Source: Verrucomicrobiota bacterium (GTDB taxonomy: Bacteria > Verrucomicrobiota > Verrucomicrobiia > Limisphaerales > DSYF01). From it: a stretch of 63,455 bases of DNA. The position numbers and the translations under genes are program-made. The notes under the pieces were generated by a model. The model was not told the origin of the DNA. It saw nothing but the letters and a program-made list of their open reading frames with translations, and did no database searches. Positions 39,007 to 48,299 of this stretch are shown here, piece by piece (the stretch's first letter is position 1; the number at the start of each line of letters is the position of its first letter). Where the stretch lies: contig JBEGQI010000204.1 in the NCBI GenBank assembly GCA_041181065.1, forward strand, positions 1 through 63,455. The letters run 5' to 3'.

Positions 39007-39711
39007 ATGGCCGAAGTTCCAGCACCCCACCCCGCCCCGCGCAAACGCGTCAGCGGCGTGGTCGTGCCCAACGCCCCCTCGCGCGGCCAACGCGCACTCG
39101 CATGGATTGCCTCCATGCTCATGCGCCTCCTCGCGTTGACCCTGCGTTATCGGGTCGTGCGTCCGGGGAAAATTCCCGAAACCCCCGTCATCTTTGCCCT
39201 CTGGCACAATCGCCTCGCGCTGTGCATGAAAGCCTACCGCAGCATAGCCCGGCCCGGTCACGCAGATGACCGGCTCGCTGCGCTCATCAGCGCCAGCAAG
39301 GATGGCGCCTTCCTCGCCGCCATTCTCGAAAACTTCCGCGTGCAACCCGTGCGCGGTTCGTCCAGTCGCCGCGGCGCCCAAGCGTTGATCGAACTCACCA
39401 GCTGCGCTGAACGCGGCTGCGACCTCGCCGTAACTCCCGACGGACCGCGCGGCCCGTGCTACGTCGTCCAAGACGGTGTGTTGACCCTCGCACAACTGAC
39501 CGGCTCCCCTATCATCCCGTTCGGCTACAAGTTAAGTTGGAAGATCAGCCTTAAGAGTTGGGACCGTTTTCAAATCCCGCTGCCGTTCGCCCGCTGCGAC
39601 ATGATCCTCGGTAAACCCATCACCGTCCCGCGCGAAGCGACCGAACAGCAACGCGCCCAACTCCGCCAGCAACTGCACGACGCTCTGATGGAAACCACTC
39701 GTGGCGACTGA
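39007..39711 (+). CDS. DUF374 / lysophospholipid acyltransferase-family protein
   Basis: FALWH, ISASKDG, VRGSSSR, TPDGPRGP, SWDRFQIPLPF. Confidence 0.9.
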   Translation: MAEVPAPHPAPRKRVSGVVVPNAPSRGQRALAWIASMLMRLLALTLRYRVVRPGKIPETPVIFALWHNRLALCMKAYRSIARPGHADDRLAALISASKDGAFLAAILENFRVQPVRGSSSRRGAQALIELTSCAERGCDLAVTPDGPRGPCYVVQDGVLTLAQLTGSPIIPFGYKLSWKISLKSWDRFQIPLPFARCDMILGKPITVPREATEQQRAQLRQQLHDALMETTRGD

Positions 39712-39742
39712 CCGATGGAATTTTGGAAGAGCTGCGCAGAAA

Positions 39743-39768
39743 GGCTGAATTAGGTGCCTAATCCAGCC
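39743..39768. terminator. Hairpin between convergent genes
   Basis: GGCTGAATTAG-GTGC-CTAATCCAGCC (one mismatch). Confidence 0.4.
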
Positions 39769-39823
39769 AACACCACCTCAAACGACACCCAGTCTCCGAG
39801 ATTAGCACCTGGCTGATTTCCCA

Positions 39824-40711
39824 CTACGCCTGACGAAACTCCTGCACGCTGCGGACGAAATCATCCGGCACGCCGAAGTCGAAGCGCTGGGCGTTTGTCA
39901 TTTCGAGCGCGAGATAGCCTTCGCGCTGGCGCTGGATTTCTTGGGCGCGGGTCAGTTGGAATTCGCCGTTGTCGCGCACGTTGTCGCGGATCATCTCGGC
40001 GAGGATGTCGTAAATGCTGGGCGCGAGCAGGTGCATGCCGAACCAGCCCAGCCACGTCCCGGCGGGCAAGCCGTCCACGTGCAACTTCTCCTGTGCCACC
40101 GCCACGGCAGGCTTCTCGATGATGAGCGAGATGTCGATGAGGCGCGGGTTGTGGGTGTGGCGAGTGCCGGCGATCGTGCCGTAGCCTTTCAACTCATCCG
40201 CCGTGATGCGATTCACGGCCGACACGGAACGGCCAGCGCTTTCGCCGGCCATCCGCGCGAGTTCGGTGAAAGGCGAAACGGGTTTGCCGCGGAACAGATG
40301 ATCGCCGAGGCAGAGCAGGACGGGCTCGCCGTTCGCGAAGCTTTTGCTCTGGAAGACGGCGTGGCCGTAGCCTTCTGCCGAGTGTTGCACGGCGAAGGAG
40401 ACGCGCTGGGCGAAACCACGCATCTGCTCGGCCTCGCACAGGAGCGCCGGATATTTTGCGAGGCGCTTGAGGTAATCGTCGCCGGGGCCGTTCAGGTAGG
40501 CGCGGATCATCTCGTCCTCGCCGGGCTGGACGATGATGCAGAGTTCCTGGATGCCGGCGGCTTCGAGTTCGAGCAGGTGATAATGGAACAGCGCGCGCGC
40601 GATGCCGTCGGGGCCGACGACGGGGAACAATTCCTTCTTCACCGCGTGCGACGCGGGAAAGTGGCGCGTGCCGAGTCCGGCCACGGGGATGACGGCTTTG
40701 CGGATGGTCAT
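39824..40711 (-). CDS. Sugar-1-phosphate uridylyltransferase (GalU-like)
   Basis: KAVIPVAGLGTR..PAS...KKEL, Q...EGYGHAV, LGDH, IEKP, GEFQLT. Confidence 0.88.
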   Translation of the reverse strand: MTIRKAVIPVAGLGTRHFPASHAVKKELFPVVGPDGIARALFHYHLLELEAAGIQELCIIVQPGEDEMIRAYLNGPGDDYLKRLAKYPALLCEAEQMRGFAQRVSFAVQHSAEGYGHAVFQSKSFANGEPVLLCLGDHLFRGKPVSPFTELARMAGESAGRSVSAVNRITADELKGYGTIAGTRHTHNPRLIDISLIIEKPAVAVAQEKLHVDGLPAGTWLGWFGMHLLAPSIYDILAEMIRDNVRDNGEFQLTRAQEIQRQREGYLALEMTNAQRFDFGVPDDFVRSVQEFRQA

Positions 40712-40733
40712 GGGAAATCGAAGTCCGATGCTG

Positions 40734-41123
40734 TCACTTGGCGTCTGTATAAACGATGGCGGTGCATCGCGTAGTATTGTAGTCGTCAGCCATGTAAAGG
40801 CCGCCCGCGATGATCCCGCCAGACGACTGCTTTTCAGCGCCCAGTAAAATTATTCCTTGTGCTCCTATCTCGCGAGCTTTCGCGATCATCCGCTGGGTCA
40901 GGTCGGCTTCCGAATTCTTCCAACCTTCCTCAGCTGTGATGAGCGCGACTTCCTTGTATGGGCGCTTTATTGCAAGTGGGCTGGTGTAAACGTCTATGTT
41001 CGCCTCGGTTGGTTGGCGCTTAATGGTGTCGAATCTTGCGACGTTAACTGTCGGCGACGCACATCCCGCAAGAATCAGCAACGCAACCAGCTGAAAGATT
41101 GCTTTGGTCTTTTTCATACGCAT
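40734..41123 (-). CDS. Small lipoprotein, lower GC
   Basis: Lipobox LAGC; RPYKEVA and KAREIGAQGII. Confidence 0.7.
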   Translation of the reverse strand: MRMKKTKAIFQLVALLILAGCASPTVNVARFDTIKRQPTEANIDVYTSPLAIKRPYKEVALITAEEGWKNSEADLTQRMIAKAREIGAQGIILLGAEKQSSGGIIAGGLYMADDYNTTRCTAIVYTDAK

Positions 41124-41188
41124 TCGTGGGTTCGTAGTTTGGAAAATTTAGCTGTTGCGGATGGACGTTATGGAAATTGGGAAATCAT

Positions 41189-41641
41189 TTAACGTCCGTC
41201 CACAAATCCAGTGATAACACGGCTTGGCCCCCGCTTCGGGAGATAAACAACTCGCGCGTTCAGTTGCGAGAAATGAATGACCACTACAGTGCGATGACCT
41301 CTCTGATTGATGCCCTGAAAACGGAAAGAGTGCGGAGCGAGGAAATCTGCCTTATGCACGAGGATGTCGCCGACTTGGATTACTACGTCGTGATCCGCCG
41401 GAGCCACACTTGATATTTCCTCTATTGACCGCTTGAGCGCCAGCCAAGTTGCCAACCCGGAATGCGAGCGAGATGCAAGTTCGCCTCGAAGTATCTCCGC
41501 TGCGTGAGTAATGCGGTGGTGCGCGACTGAGTTCGCACCATGAATATCCATGCATGCTCGAAGCATCTCGCGCAGTTCCGCCTCGGAAGCGGATTGGTAG
41601 CTGCATTCCTGAACCGACTTTATTGCGTCATCGTAGTCCAT
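41189..41641 (-). CDS. Hypothetical protein, lower GC (C-terminus resembles DUF6173)
   Basis: F.G....G....V.IHFSQLN...LPK....R..GF pattern, recognised by eye only. Confidence 0.55.
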   Translation of the reverse strand: MDYDDAIKSVQECSYQSASEAELREMLRACMDIHGANSVAHHRITHAAEILRGELASRSHSGLATWLALKRSIEEISSVAPADHDVVIQVGDILVHKADFLAPHSFRFQGINQRGHRTVVVIHFSQLNARVVYLPKRGPSRVITGFVDGR

Positions 41642-41680
41642 GGATATTGGCTTTGAGCAAGGTTGGCATTTTCTTCACCT

Positions 41681-43126
41681 TCACACCTCCCGTCGCTGCC
41701 AGCCGTGCGCGCCGAAGACGTAGCGGCGGGCGCCGAATTCCAGTGCGCCGGGTGACGTGCCTTCGAAGATGTCCGGCATCACGCCGATGCGGCGGGAATA
41801 TTCGGTCGCGATCTGCGGGATGTGTTCCTTGAGCGCGTCGAGCTTGCCGAAGACGGCCACGGTGCCGCCGGTGCCGCCGCCGGTGATCTTCGCGCCGTAA
41901 AGCCCCTCCTTCGCGCCGCGCTTTTGCACGGCTTCGACGAGGAAGTCCACTTCGTCCACGGAGAGATGGCAGTTCTCCTTGTAGCTGGCGTGGGCGCCAT
42001 ACATGCACTCGCCCGCGGTGATGAGCGCTTTCTCGTCGCCGGCTTTCGCGGCGCGGAGGGCGTCCATGAACTTGAGCACGCGGTCGTTTTCCTCGACCGG
42101 ATGCCGCGTCGGGCCGACGACGCGATACGTGGCGTCAGGCTGGATGGTCGTGACGGGATCGTCGTGCGTCTTGAAGCGCTTGAGGAATTCCGAGCCGAGG
42201 ATGGCTTCGGGGATTTCCTTCTCGTAGCCGTCGCGGAATTCCTTGGGCGAAAGTTCGGTGAGATAATTCAACGCGGCGCGACCCGTGCGGGCGCGGATTT
42301 CGTTGATGATCTTCTTGCCCATGAACGCGCCGATGCGGGTGTCGGCGTATGGATTCGCCGCAACCGAGTGGCGCACCATCGAGTTGATGCCGACAAAGCC
42401 GGTGCCGGGCGGAATCTCCACCGAGCCCATGACCTGCCCGGGCCGGCAAAGGATGTGCGTGAGGCAACCCTCGCGTCCGCTGACGATGGCGGTCTGGTCC
42501 ATGATGCCGCAGGGCGCGCCGACGACGTGGTTCTCGGCCATTTGCCCGAGCCGCGCAATGCGCGCACCGTCGAGATTCAAGCCGAGGTAGGCGTTGAGGC
42601 ATTGCAATGTGCCGACTTCAACGGCGGCGGAACTGCCGATGCCAACGTTCATCGGCACCGCGCTGACGAGCAGCAGATTGAAACCGTAGGGCATCTTCAC
42701 CGATTCCTCGCGGAGCAATGTGAAGATGCTCCCGCCGATGTAAGCGGCCCAAGACGTAAGCGGGTTGGCCTGACAGAAATTCCGCACCTGTGAATATTCC
42801 GCGAGCCCGTCGCCGGATTGGAAGTAATCCAGCGGGATGCGCGTCTCGATGGGCAACGCGCGTTGGCCGACTTGCACGGTGCGGATGCGCAGCGTGCGGT
42901 CCGTGCGCGGCTGGAGCGCCATGAGCATGCCGCGACCCAGCACGGCTTCGCAGACGTTGGCGCCGGAGTAGTCCGCGATACCGCCCATGACGTCGAGGCG
43001 CGCGGGCACGCGGGCGATCCAGATTTCACCGCCACCGAAAAAGCTCGCGAGGCCGGACATGTCGCTGTTCGGCTTGACCAGCATCTTTTCGAATTCACCG
43101 AGTTCGTAGGGGGTTCCTTTTTCCAT
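41681..43126 (-). CDS. GHMP sugar kinase (galactokinase/L-arabinokinase-like)
   Basis: PARLDVMGGIADYSG, VPMNVGIGSSAA, AENHVVGAPCGIMDQ, GAKITGGGTGG. Confidence 0.9.
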   Translation of the reverse strand: MEKGTPYELGEFEKMLVKPNSDMSGLASFFGGGEIWIARVPARLDVMGGIADYSGANVCEAVLGRGMLMALQPRTDRTLRIRTVQVGQRALPIETRIPLDYFQSGDGLAEYSQVRNFCQANPLTSWAAYIGGSIFTLLREESVKMPYGFNLLLVSAVPMNVGIGSSAAVEVGTLQCLNAYLGLNLDGARIARLGQMAENHVVGAPCGIMDQTAIVSGREGCLTHILCRPGQVMGSVEIPPGTGFVGINSMVRHSVAANPYADTRIGAFMGKKIINEIRARTGRAALNYLTELSPKEFRDGYEKEIPEAILGSEFLKRFKTHDDPVTTIQPDATYRVVGPTRHPVEENDRVLKFMDALRAAKAGDEKALITAGECMYGAHASYKENCHLSVDEVDFLVEAVQKRGAKEGLYGAKITGGGTGGTVAVFGKLDALKEHIPQIATEYSRRIGVMPDIFEGTSPGALEFGARRYVFGAHGWQRREV

Positions 43127-43294
43127 GCGATGCGTATGCGTTGATTGAAGGTGAAATTTGCCAGAGCCGCGCGGAGGGGTCACGCGGGAAAAACCCGGGG
43201 CATAGGACAGGAGAAAACTCCAAAGCAAGCGCGAACGAACTCGCTCCAGGTTTGTGGCTTGGAATTCGCCTGGGCTCACCAGCATTATCTCCGC

Positions 43295-44353
43295 ATGAAC
43301 AATCCACTCCGCATCGGCGTGCTCGGAGCGGCAGGCATTCTCCGCAAGAAGAACTGGCAGGCCATCCAAAGCTCAGGCAATGCGGTCATTGCGGCGCTCG
43401 CGACCCGCGACCTCGCGCGCACGCGGGAGTTCATCGCGGAGCGGCAGGCCGCTGCACCATTTGCGAAGCCGCCCTTGGCCCACGCGAGTTATGAGGCGTT
43501 GCTGGCGGATAAAAGCATCGAGGCCATTTATCTTCCGCTCCCGACGGTGTTGCGAAAGGAGTGGGTGATCCGCGCCGCTGACGCGGGCAAACATGTCATC
43601 GCCGAAAAACCCTGCGCCGTGAGCGCCGCCGATTTACGCGAGATGCAGTCAGCCTGTCGGCGCAATCGCGTGCAGTTCATGGACGGCGTGATGTTCCAAC
43701 ACAACCCGCGGCTCCCAAAGCTACGTGCCATCCTCGACGATTCGGTGCGCATCGGCCCGCTGCGGCGCATTACGTCCGTCTTCAGCTTTCTCGGCACGGG
43801 TGATTTTCACGAACGCAACATCCGCGTGCAGCAATCGCTCGAACCTTTCGGTTGCCTTGGCGATCTCGGCTGGTATCCGCTGCGCTTTGCGTTGTGGGTG
43901 ATGCATTGGAAGCTGCCGCGCGCTGTGACGGGTCGCATCCTTGCGTGCGATGCGGGCGCCGCGCCGAAGGATTTTTCCGGCGAACTCTTCTTCGATGATG
44001 GCGTTTCCGCGAGCTTCCATTGTTCGTTCCATGCGTTGAACCAGCAATGGACCAACGTCAGCGGCGCCAATGGCGCTGTCCGCGTTCCCGATTTTGTGCT
44101 GCCCAAGTCGGACATTCCCATCGCTTGGGAAGTGAACGACATGCCGGTGTTCAAGCGGGACACGAGCATTTACCTCGGCACGGAAACGACGCCGGAATCG
44201 CAGGAAACGCGAATGTTCCGGAACTTCGTGGATCAAGTGCGGTCCGGCTCGATGAATGAGGAGTGGTTTGAGTCCGCGTTGAAGACGCAGCAAGTCATGG
44301 ATGCCTGCATGGCCTCGGCGCGCGCAGGCAGCGCGGTGGTTGAAGTCCATTGA
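43295..44353 (+). CDS. Gfo/Idh/MocA-family oxidoreductase
   Basis: IGVLGAAGI, GKHVIAEKP, G.LGDLGWY. Confidence 0.92.
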   Translation: MNNPLRIGVLGAAGILRKKNWQAIQSSGNAVIAALATRDLARTREFIAERQAAAPFAKPPLAHASYEALLADKSIEAIYLPLPTVLRKEWVIRAADAGKHVIAEKPCAVSAADLREMQSACRRNRVQFMDGVMFQHNPRLPKLRAILDDSVRIGPLRRITSVFSFLGTGDFHERNIRVQQSLEPFGCLGDLGWYPLRFALWVMHWKLPRAVTGRILACDAGAAPKDFSGELFFDDGVSASFHCSFHALNQQWTNVSGANGAVRVPDFVLPKSDIPIAWEVNDMPVFKRDTSIYLGTETTPESQETRMFRNFVDQVRSGSMNEEWFESALKTQQVMDACMASARAGSAVVEVH

Positions 44354-44356
44354 GCC

Positions 44357-45124
44357 ATGCGTCGGACTTCGTCAACGTTCTTGGTTTGCCTCGGTCTATT
44401 GGCGGCGGCCGCGAGATCGTTCAGCGCAGATTCTGATCCGGCGCATCAACAGGTTCACACCGAAAAACCGCAGCCGTGGCCGGGCGGTGTGATTCCCTAC
44501 GACGACTCAAAGCTCGACGCGCATCAGAAGGAGATGGTCCGCCGCGCGATGCAACGCTGGCTCGACACTGGCGCCAACATCCGGTTCGTGCCGCGCACGA
44601 ACGAGGTTGAATACGTCTTTTTCACAGGCCGCACCGATGCGGGCAACAACACCAGCCATGTCGGTTTCCGCCAAGGCCAGCGAACAGACATCAACATCAC
44701 TGCATTCTGGTGGCGCGAGCTGGAGTGGATGCCGGTGCACGAACTCGGCCATGTGTTGGGCTTCTTCCACGAACATCAACGGTGGGACCGCGATGGTTTC
44801 GTGACGATCCATTACGAGAACATCAAGCCGGGCCGCGCGCACGACTACGATTGGATCGCCAAGACGAACTGGATCGAGAGCAGCACGGGTTACGATTACC
44901 GTTCCATCATGCACTACCGCGTATGCTGGGCGTCCGATTGTGAAGCGAAATGCAAGGACGGCGACGGCAGCAGCCCGTGCGCGGTGATCGACCCGAAGGG
45001 AACTAACTTTGACGGCGTCATTGGTCAGTGGGGCGACAACGGTGTGAGCGCAACCGATGCGGAACGCTTGCGGCTCGTTTACGGGACGCGCACGGGCTTG
45101 GCGACGCCACCCAATCAGCGTTAA
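44357..45124 (+). CDS. Secreted astacin-family (M12A) metallopeptidase
   Basis: WPGGVIPY, HELGHVLGFFHEHQR.DRD, YDYRSIMHY Met-turn. Confidence 0.92.
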   Translation: MRRTSSTFLVCLGLLAAAARSFSADSDPAHQQVHTEKPQPWPGGVIPYDDSKLDAHQKEMVRRAMQRWLDTGANIRFVPRTNEVEYVFFTGRTDAGNNTSHVGFRQGQRTDINITAFWWRELEWMPVHELGHVLGFFHEHQRWDRDGFVTIHYENIKPGRAHDYDWIAKTNWIESSTGYDYRSIMHYRVCWASDCEAKCKDGDGSSPCAVIDPKGTNFDGVIGQWGDNGVSATDAERLRLVYGTRTGLATPPNQR

Positions 45125-45717
45125 GCCGCCGGTTCGTCCGGTGCTTTCACTACCAGAAACCGCATCACGTTGTCGCCGTGCGTGAGCACCTTCCGCTCGT
45201 GCCACATCGCGGGAATTTCCAACGTATCGCGCCTGGCGTGTCCGAGGATCAGCAAACCGTCCGGCGCAAGGACAAGCGGCAGGCTGGTTTCGTCCATGAG
45301 CTTTTGTGCGAGCGAAGTTGAGCGACGCCCGACGTTCTTGTCGCCGTAAGGCGGGTCGGCCATGACGATGTCGAACTTCTCCCCGCTCGCGGCGATCTGC
45401 GGCAACGCGAGGAACACGTCCTGCACGCGCGCGTGAAAGAATGCCGCACCATAACCCGCAGCTTCGGCATTGCGACGGATGAACTCGGCATGGCGCGGTG
45501 ACTTCTCGATGCACGTGGCCGACTTGCAACCGCGGCTTAACGATTCGAGGCTCAACGCGCCCGATCCGGCGAAGAGCTCCAGCACACGCGCATCGAGAAT
45601 GCGTCCGCCAAGGCTGTTGAACACAGCCTGCTTGACACGATCGGGCGTGGGGCGGACGTCCATGCCTTTCGGCACTCGCAGAATCCGCCGCGCGGCTTGG
45701 CCACCAGTGATGCGCAT
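45121..45717 (-). CDS. rsmD: 16S rRNA m2G966 methyltransferase
   Basis: MRITGG, RPTPDRVK.AVFN, LELFAGSG...ESLSRG, DPPY. Confidence 0.93.
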   Translation of the reverse strand: MRITGGQAARRILRVPKGMDVRPTPDRVKQAVFNSLGGRILDARVLELFAGSGALSLESLSRGCKSATCIEKSPRHAEFIRRNAEAAGYGAAFFHARVQDVFLALPQIAASGEKFDIVMADPPYGDKNVGRRSTSLAQKLMDETSLPLVLAPDGLLILGHARRDTLEIPAMWHERKVLTHGDNVMRFLVVKAPDEPAA

Positions 45718-45799
45718 GGCGGGAGACTAACCGCGAAACGCGCTCGATGGAAAATAAACTTCGCTTGCTCCATCCCTTCCGCTTCGGAAACATGCACGC

Positions 45800-46666
45800 A
45801 TGAAATCGGCGAATCGCATCGGCATTATCGGCGGCACTGGACTTTATCAAATCGACGGCTTCACGAACCAGAAATGGGTGAAGGTTAAAACCCCGTTCGG
45901 CCCGACGTCGGATGATCTACTCACGGGCAAGATCGCCGGGCGCGACGTCGTCTTCCTTGCGCGCCACGCCCGCGGACACCGCATCCTCCCGAGCGAGTTG
46001 AACCATCGCGCCAACATCTGGGCGATGAAAAGCCTCGGCGTTTCGTGGATCATCAGCGTCAGCGCCGTTGGTTCGTTGCAGGCGAAACTCGCGCCCGGCC
46101 ATGTCGTGCTCGTGGACCAGTTCCTCGACCGCACCAAGCGCAGCCATGAACACACGTTCTTCGGACGCGGCATCGTCGGGCACGTCGCCTTTGCGCATCC
46201 GGTCTGCGAGGACTTGCGCGGGTTGCTCCTAAAATCCGCCCGTGCCTGCAAAGCCCGCGTCCACGACGGCGGCACCTATGTGAACATGGAAGGCCCCGCG
46301 TTCAGCACGCGCGCCGAATCGCTCACGAACCACAAGGCGGGCTACAGCGTCATCGGCATGACGAATCTCGGCGAGGCCAAGTGCGCCCGTGAAGCGGAAA
46401 TCTCCTATTCCACGATGGCGATGGTGACGGACTACGATTGCTGGAACGAAGACCACGACCACGTCACGGTCGAGATGATCATCGAGTGCCTGCACAAGAA
46501 CGCCGCCACCGCCAAGCGCATCATCCTCGACGTCGTCCCGCGCATGCCGACAGAGCCGACCTTCAAGAGCCACCGCGCGTTGAAGAACGCCATCATGACC
46601 GACAAGAAACTCTGGCCGAAGAAGACAGTGGCGGAGCTGAAGCCGATTCTGGCGAAGTATCTATAA
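45800..46666 (+). CDS. mtnP: S-methyl-5'-thioadenosine phosphorylase
   Basis: IGIIGGTG, TPFG, ARH, EGPAFSTRAES, IGMT, VTDYDCW. Confidence 0.93.
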   Translation: MKSANRIGIIGGTGLYQIDGFTNQKWVKVKTPFGPTSDDLLTGKIAGRDVVFLARHARGHRILPSELNHRANIWAMKSLGVSWIISVSAVGSLQAKLAPGHVVLVDQFLDRTKRSHEHTFFGRGIVGHVAFAHPVCEDLRGLLLKSARACKARVHDGGTYVNMEGPAFSTRAESLTNHKAGYSVIGMTNLGEAKCAREAEISYSTMAMVTDYDCWNEDHDHVTVEMIIECLHKNAATAKRIILDVVPRMPTEPTFKSHRALKNAIMTDKKLWPKKTVAELKPILAKYL

Positions 46667-46685
46667 TCTCTTTCTCAAAGTCGAA

Positions 46686-46988
46686 GTGCCGTCACAAATT
46701 CCTAAAATCAGTTCCGAGGAGATGGCCGCTAAAATAACAGCCCTGTTCCCGGACGCAGAAATCCAACACGAAACAATCAATCCTGAGTATGGTTCCTGGA
46801 GGCTTCGGGTTCGGCGAGGCAAAATGGATTTTGAGTATGTGTGGGGTCCGCTAAGTGGATTTGGTGGGTCAGACCTTGCCCGGCCCACCACGCCAGATGA
46901 TACGCCATTCGATTACGCGGACGCTGGATTTAATTCGTTGAACGAGGCTTTGGACTATTTGAAAGCCACCGCCAAGAAATACAACTGA
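46686..46988 (+). CDS. Small acidic hypothetical protein, lower GC
   Basis: 100-aa ORF filling the mtnP-ridA gap, AT-rich codon use. Confidence 0.6.
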   Translation: MPSQIPKISSEEMAAKITALFPDAEIQHETINPEYGSWRLRVRRGKMDFEYVWGPLSGFGGSDLARPTTPDDTPFDYADAGFNSLNEALDYLKATAKKYN

Positions 46989-47073
46989 AGTCTGCGCGAG
47001 CTTACGTTGGCAGCTTCAGCAATCGCAAAACTTGCACGACACCCTCAAAGCCGTTAAACCTCGCGCCACATTT

Positions 47074-47457
47074 ATGGCAACCAAAACCATCATCAAACCT
47101 GCGAAGTCACCGACTGCGGTCGGCCCCTACAACCACGCCGTGCGCGTCGGCGACCTTCTCTTCTGCGCCGGGCAGATCCCGATCGAGCCCGCCACCGGCA
47201 ACCTCGTCGCGGGTGACATCAAAGTGCAGACCGAGCGCGTGCTGCAAAACGTGAAGGCCATCCTCGACGACCAAGGGCTCACGTTCGCGAACGTCGTGAA
47301 GAGCACGGTGTTCCTCACCAACCTCGGCGACTTCGCCGGCATGAACGAAATCTACGCGAAGTATTTTACCGGCGATTTCCCGGCGCGCTCCACCATCCAG
47401 GTCGCCGCGCTGCCCAAGGCCGCGAACGTTGAGATCGAAGTCATCGCGCACTTCTAA
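47074..47457 (+). CDS. ridA: RidA-family enamine/imine deaminase
   Basis: AVGPY, GQIP, MNEIYAKYF, PARSTIQVAALP, VEIE. Confidence 0.93.
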   Translation: MATKTIIKPAKSPTAVGPYNHAVRVGDLLFCAGQIPIEPATGNLVAGDIKVQTERVLQNVKAILDDQGLTFANVVKSTVFLTNLGDFAGMNEIYAKYFTGDFPARSTIQVAALPKAANVEIEVIAHF

Positions 47458-47478
47458 GCGGAAGCTGAATTCATATCC

Positions 47479-47515
47479 CGAGCCGTCCGGCGCAAGCTGG
47501 GCGGCTCGTTTGTTT
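47479..47515 (+). terminator. Rho-independent terminator after ridA
   Basis: CGAGCCGTCCGGC-GCAA-GCTGGGCGGCTCG followed by TTTGTTT. Confidence 0.8.
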
Positions 47516-47531
47516 GTGCGGGGCGCCGCCT

Positions 47532-48299
47532 TTACTCCGGGCAGATGCGGCCGAATTGCGTGCGTTCCACCCAGCCGTGACCGAAGCTGGTGCGGATGAG
47601 GAGATAGTTGCCGCGCGAGCGTTCGATGCGGGCGGGCTCGCCGGCGTTGAGCATCGTCACGGTCTGCGCGTCGCGCGTCGGCGTCAGGCGCACCGGCGTG
47701 TTGGATTCCAGCACGAAGCCGATCTGCGCGCGGGAATTCACGCCGAGCATCGCGGGGATGCACATGAGGAAGACCGCCAAGCCAAGCGCGGCACACGCTT
47801 GCTGCCAACTGCGCCGCTTCCAGCGAAACACCGTCGGCAACATCACGAACGCCACCGCCATCCAGAAGCTGAAGCCCGCGAGCCACGCCCATGCGTTCAC
47901 GGGCAGCCACGTGGACGCGACCTCGTGCCACATCAATCGCGGCGCCTCGAGCTGCGCCACCTTGCGCGCGAAGGCGAGGTTTTCGCGCGCGGCTTCATTG
48001 GCCGGATCGACCCAGAGCGCGCGTTCCCAAGCGAGCACAGCAAAACCTTTCCGTCCGCGTTGCCATTCGGCGAGGCCGTAATTCTGGAACGCACCGCTCG
48101 AAGGCGCGCGCGCGGCATCCGAGGCGAAGGCGTGCGCCGCCCGGGCGTAATCGCCGCTGCGAAAGGCTGCTGCACCATTCGTGAACTCGCTGGCAAAAGC
48201 CGCGAAGCTGAACAGCATCAGCCAAAGGAGAACGCCAACCCGGAGACGCCCAACCCATGCGCTCGTCGTGGAATGCTTGGCGTGAAATTCAGGGCTCAC
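47532..48299 (-). CDS. BatE-like TPR/TM/SH3 protein
   Basis: TPR (F..G.Y..A, NYG, WERA...P, ARENL), TM helices, C-terminal GWV; GTG start overlaps the upstream TGA. Confidence 0.8.
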   Translation of the reverse strand: MSPEFHAKHSTTSAWVGRLRVGVLLWLMLFSFAAFASEFTNGAAAFRSGDYARAAHAFASDAARAPSSGAFQNYGLAEWQRGRKGFAVLAWERALWVDPANEAARENLAFARKVAQLEAPRLMWHEVASTWLPVNAWAWLAGFSFWMAVAFVMLPTVFRWKRRSWQQACAALGLAVFLMCIPAMLGVNSRAQIGFVLESNTPVRLTPTRDAQTVTMLNAGEPARIERSRGNYLLIRTSFGHGWVERTQFGRICPE

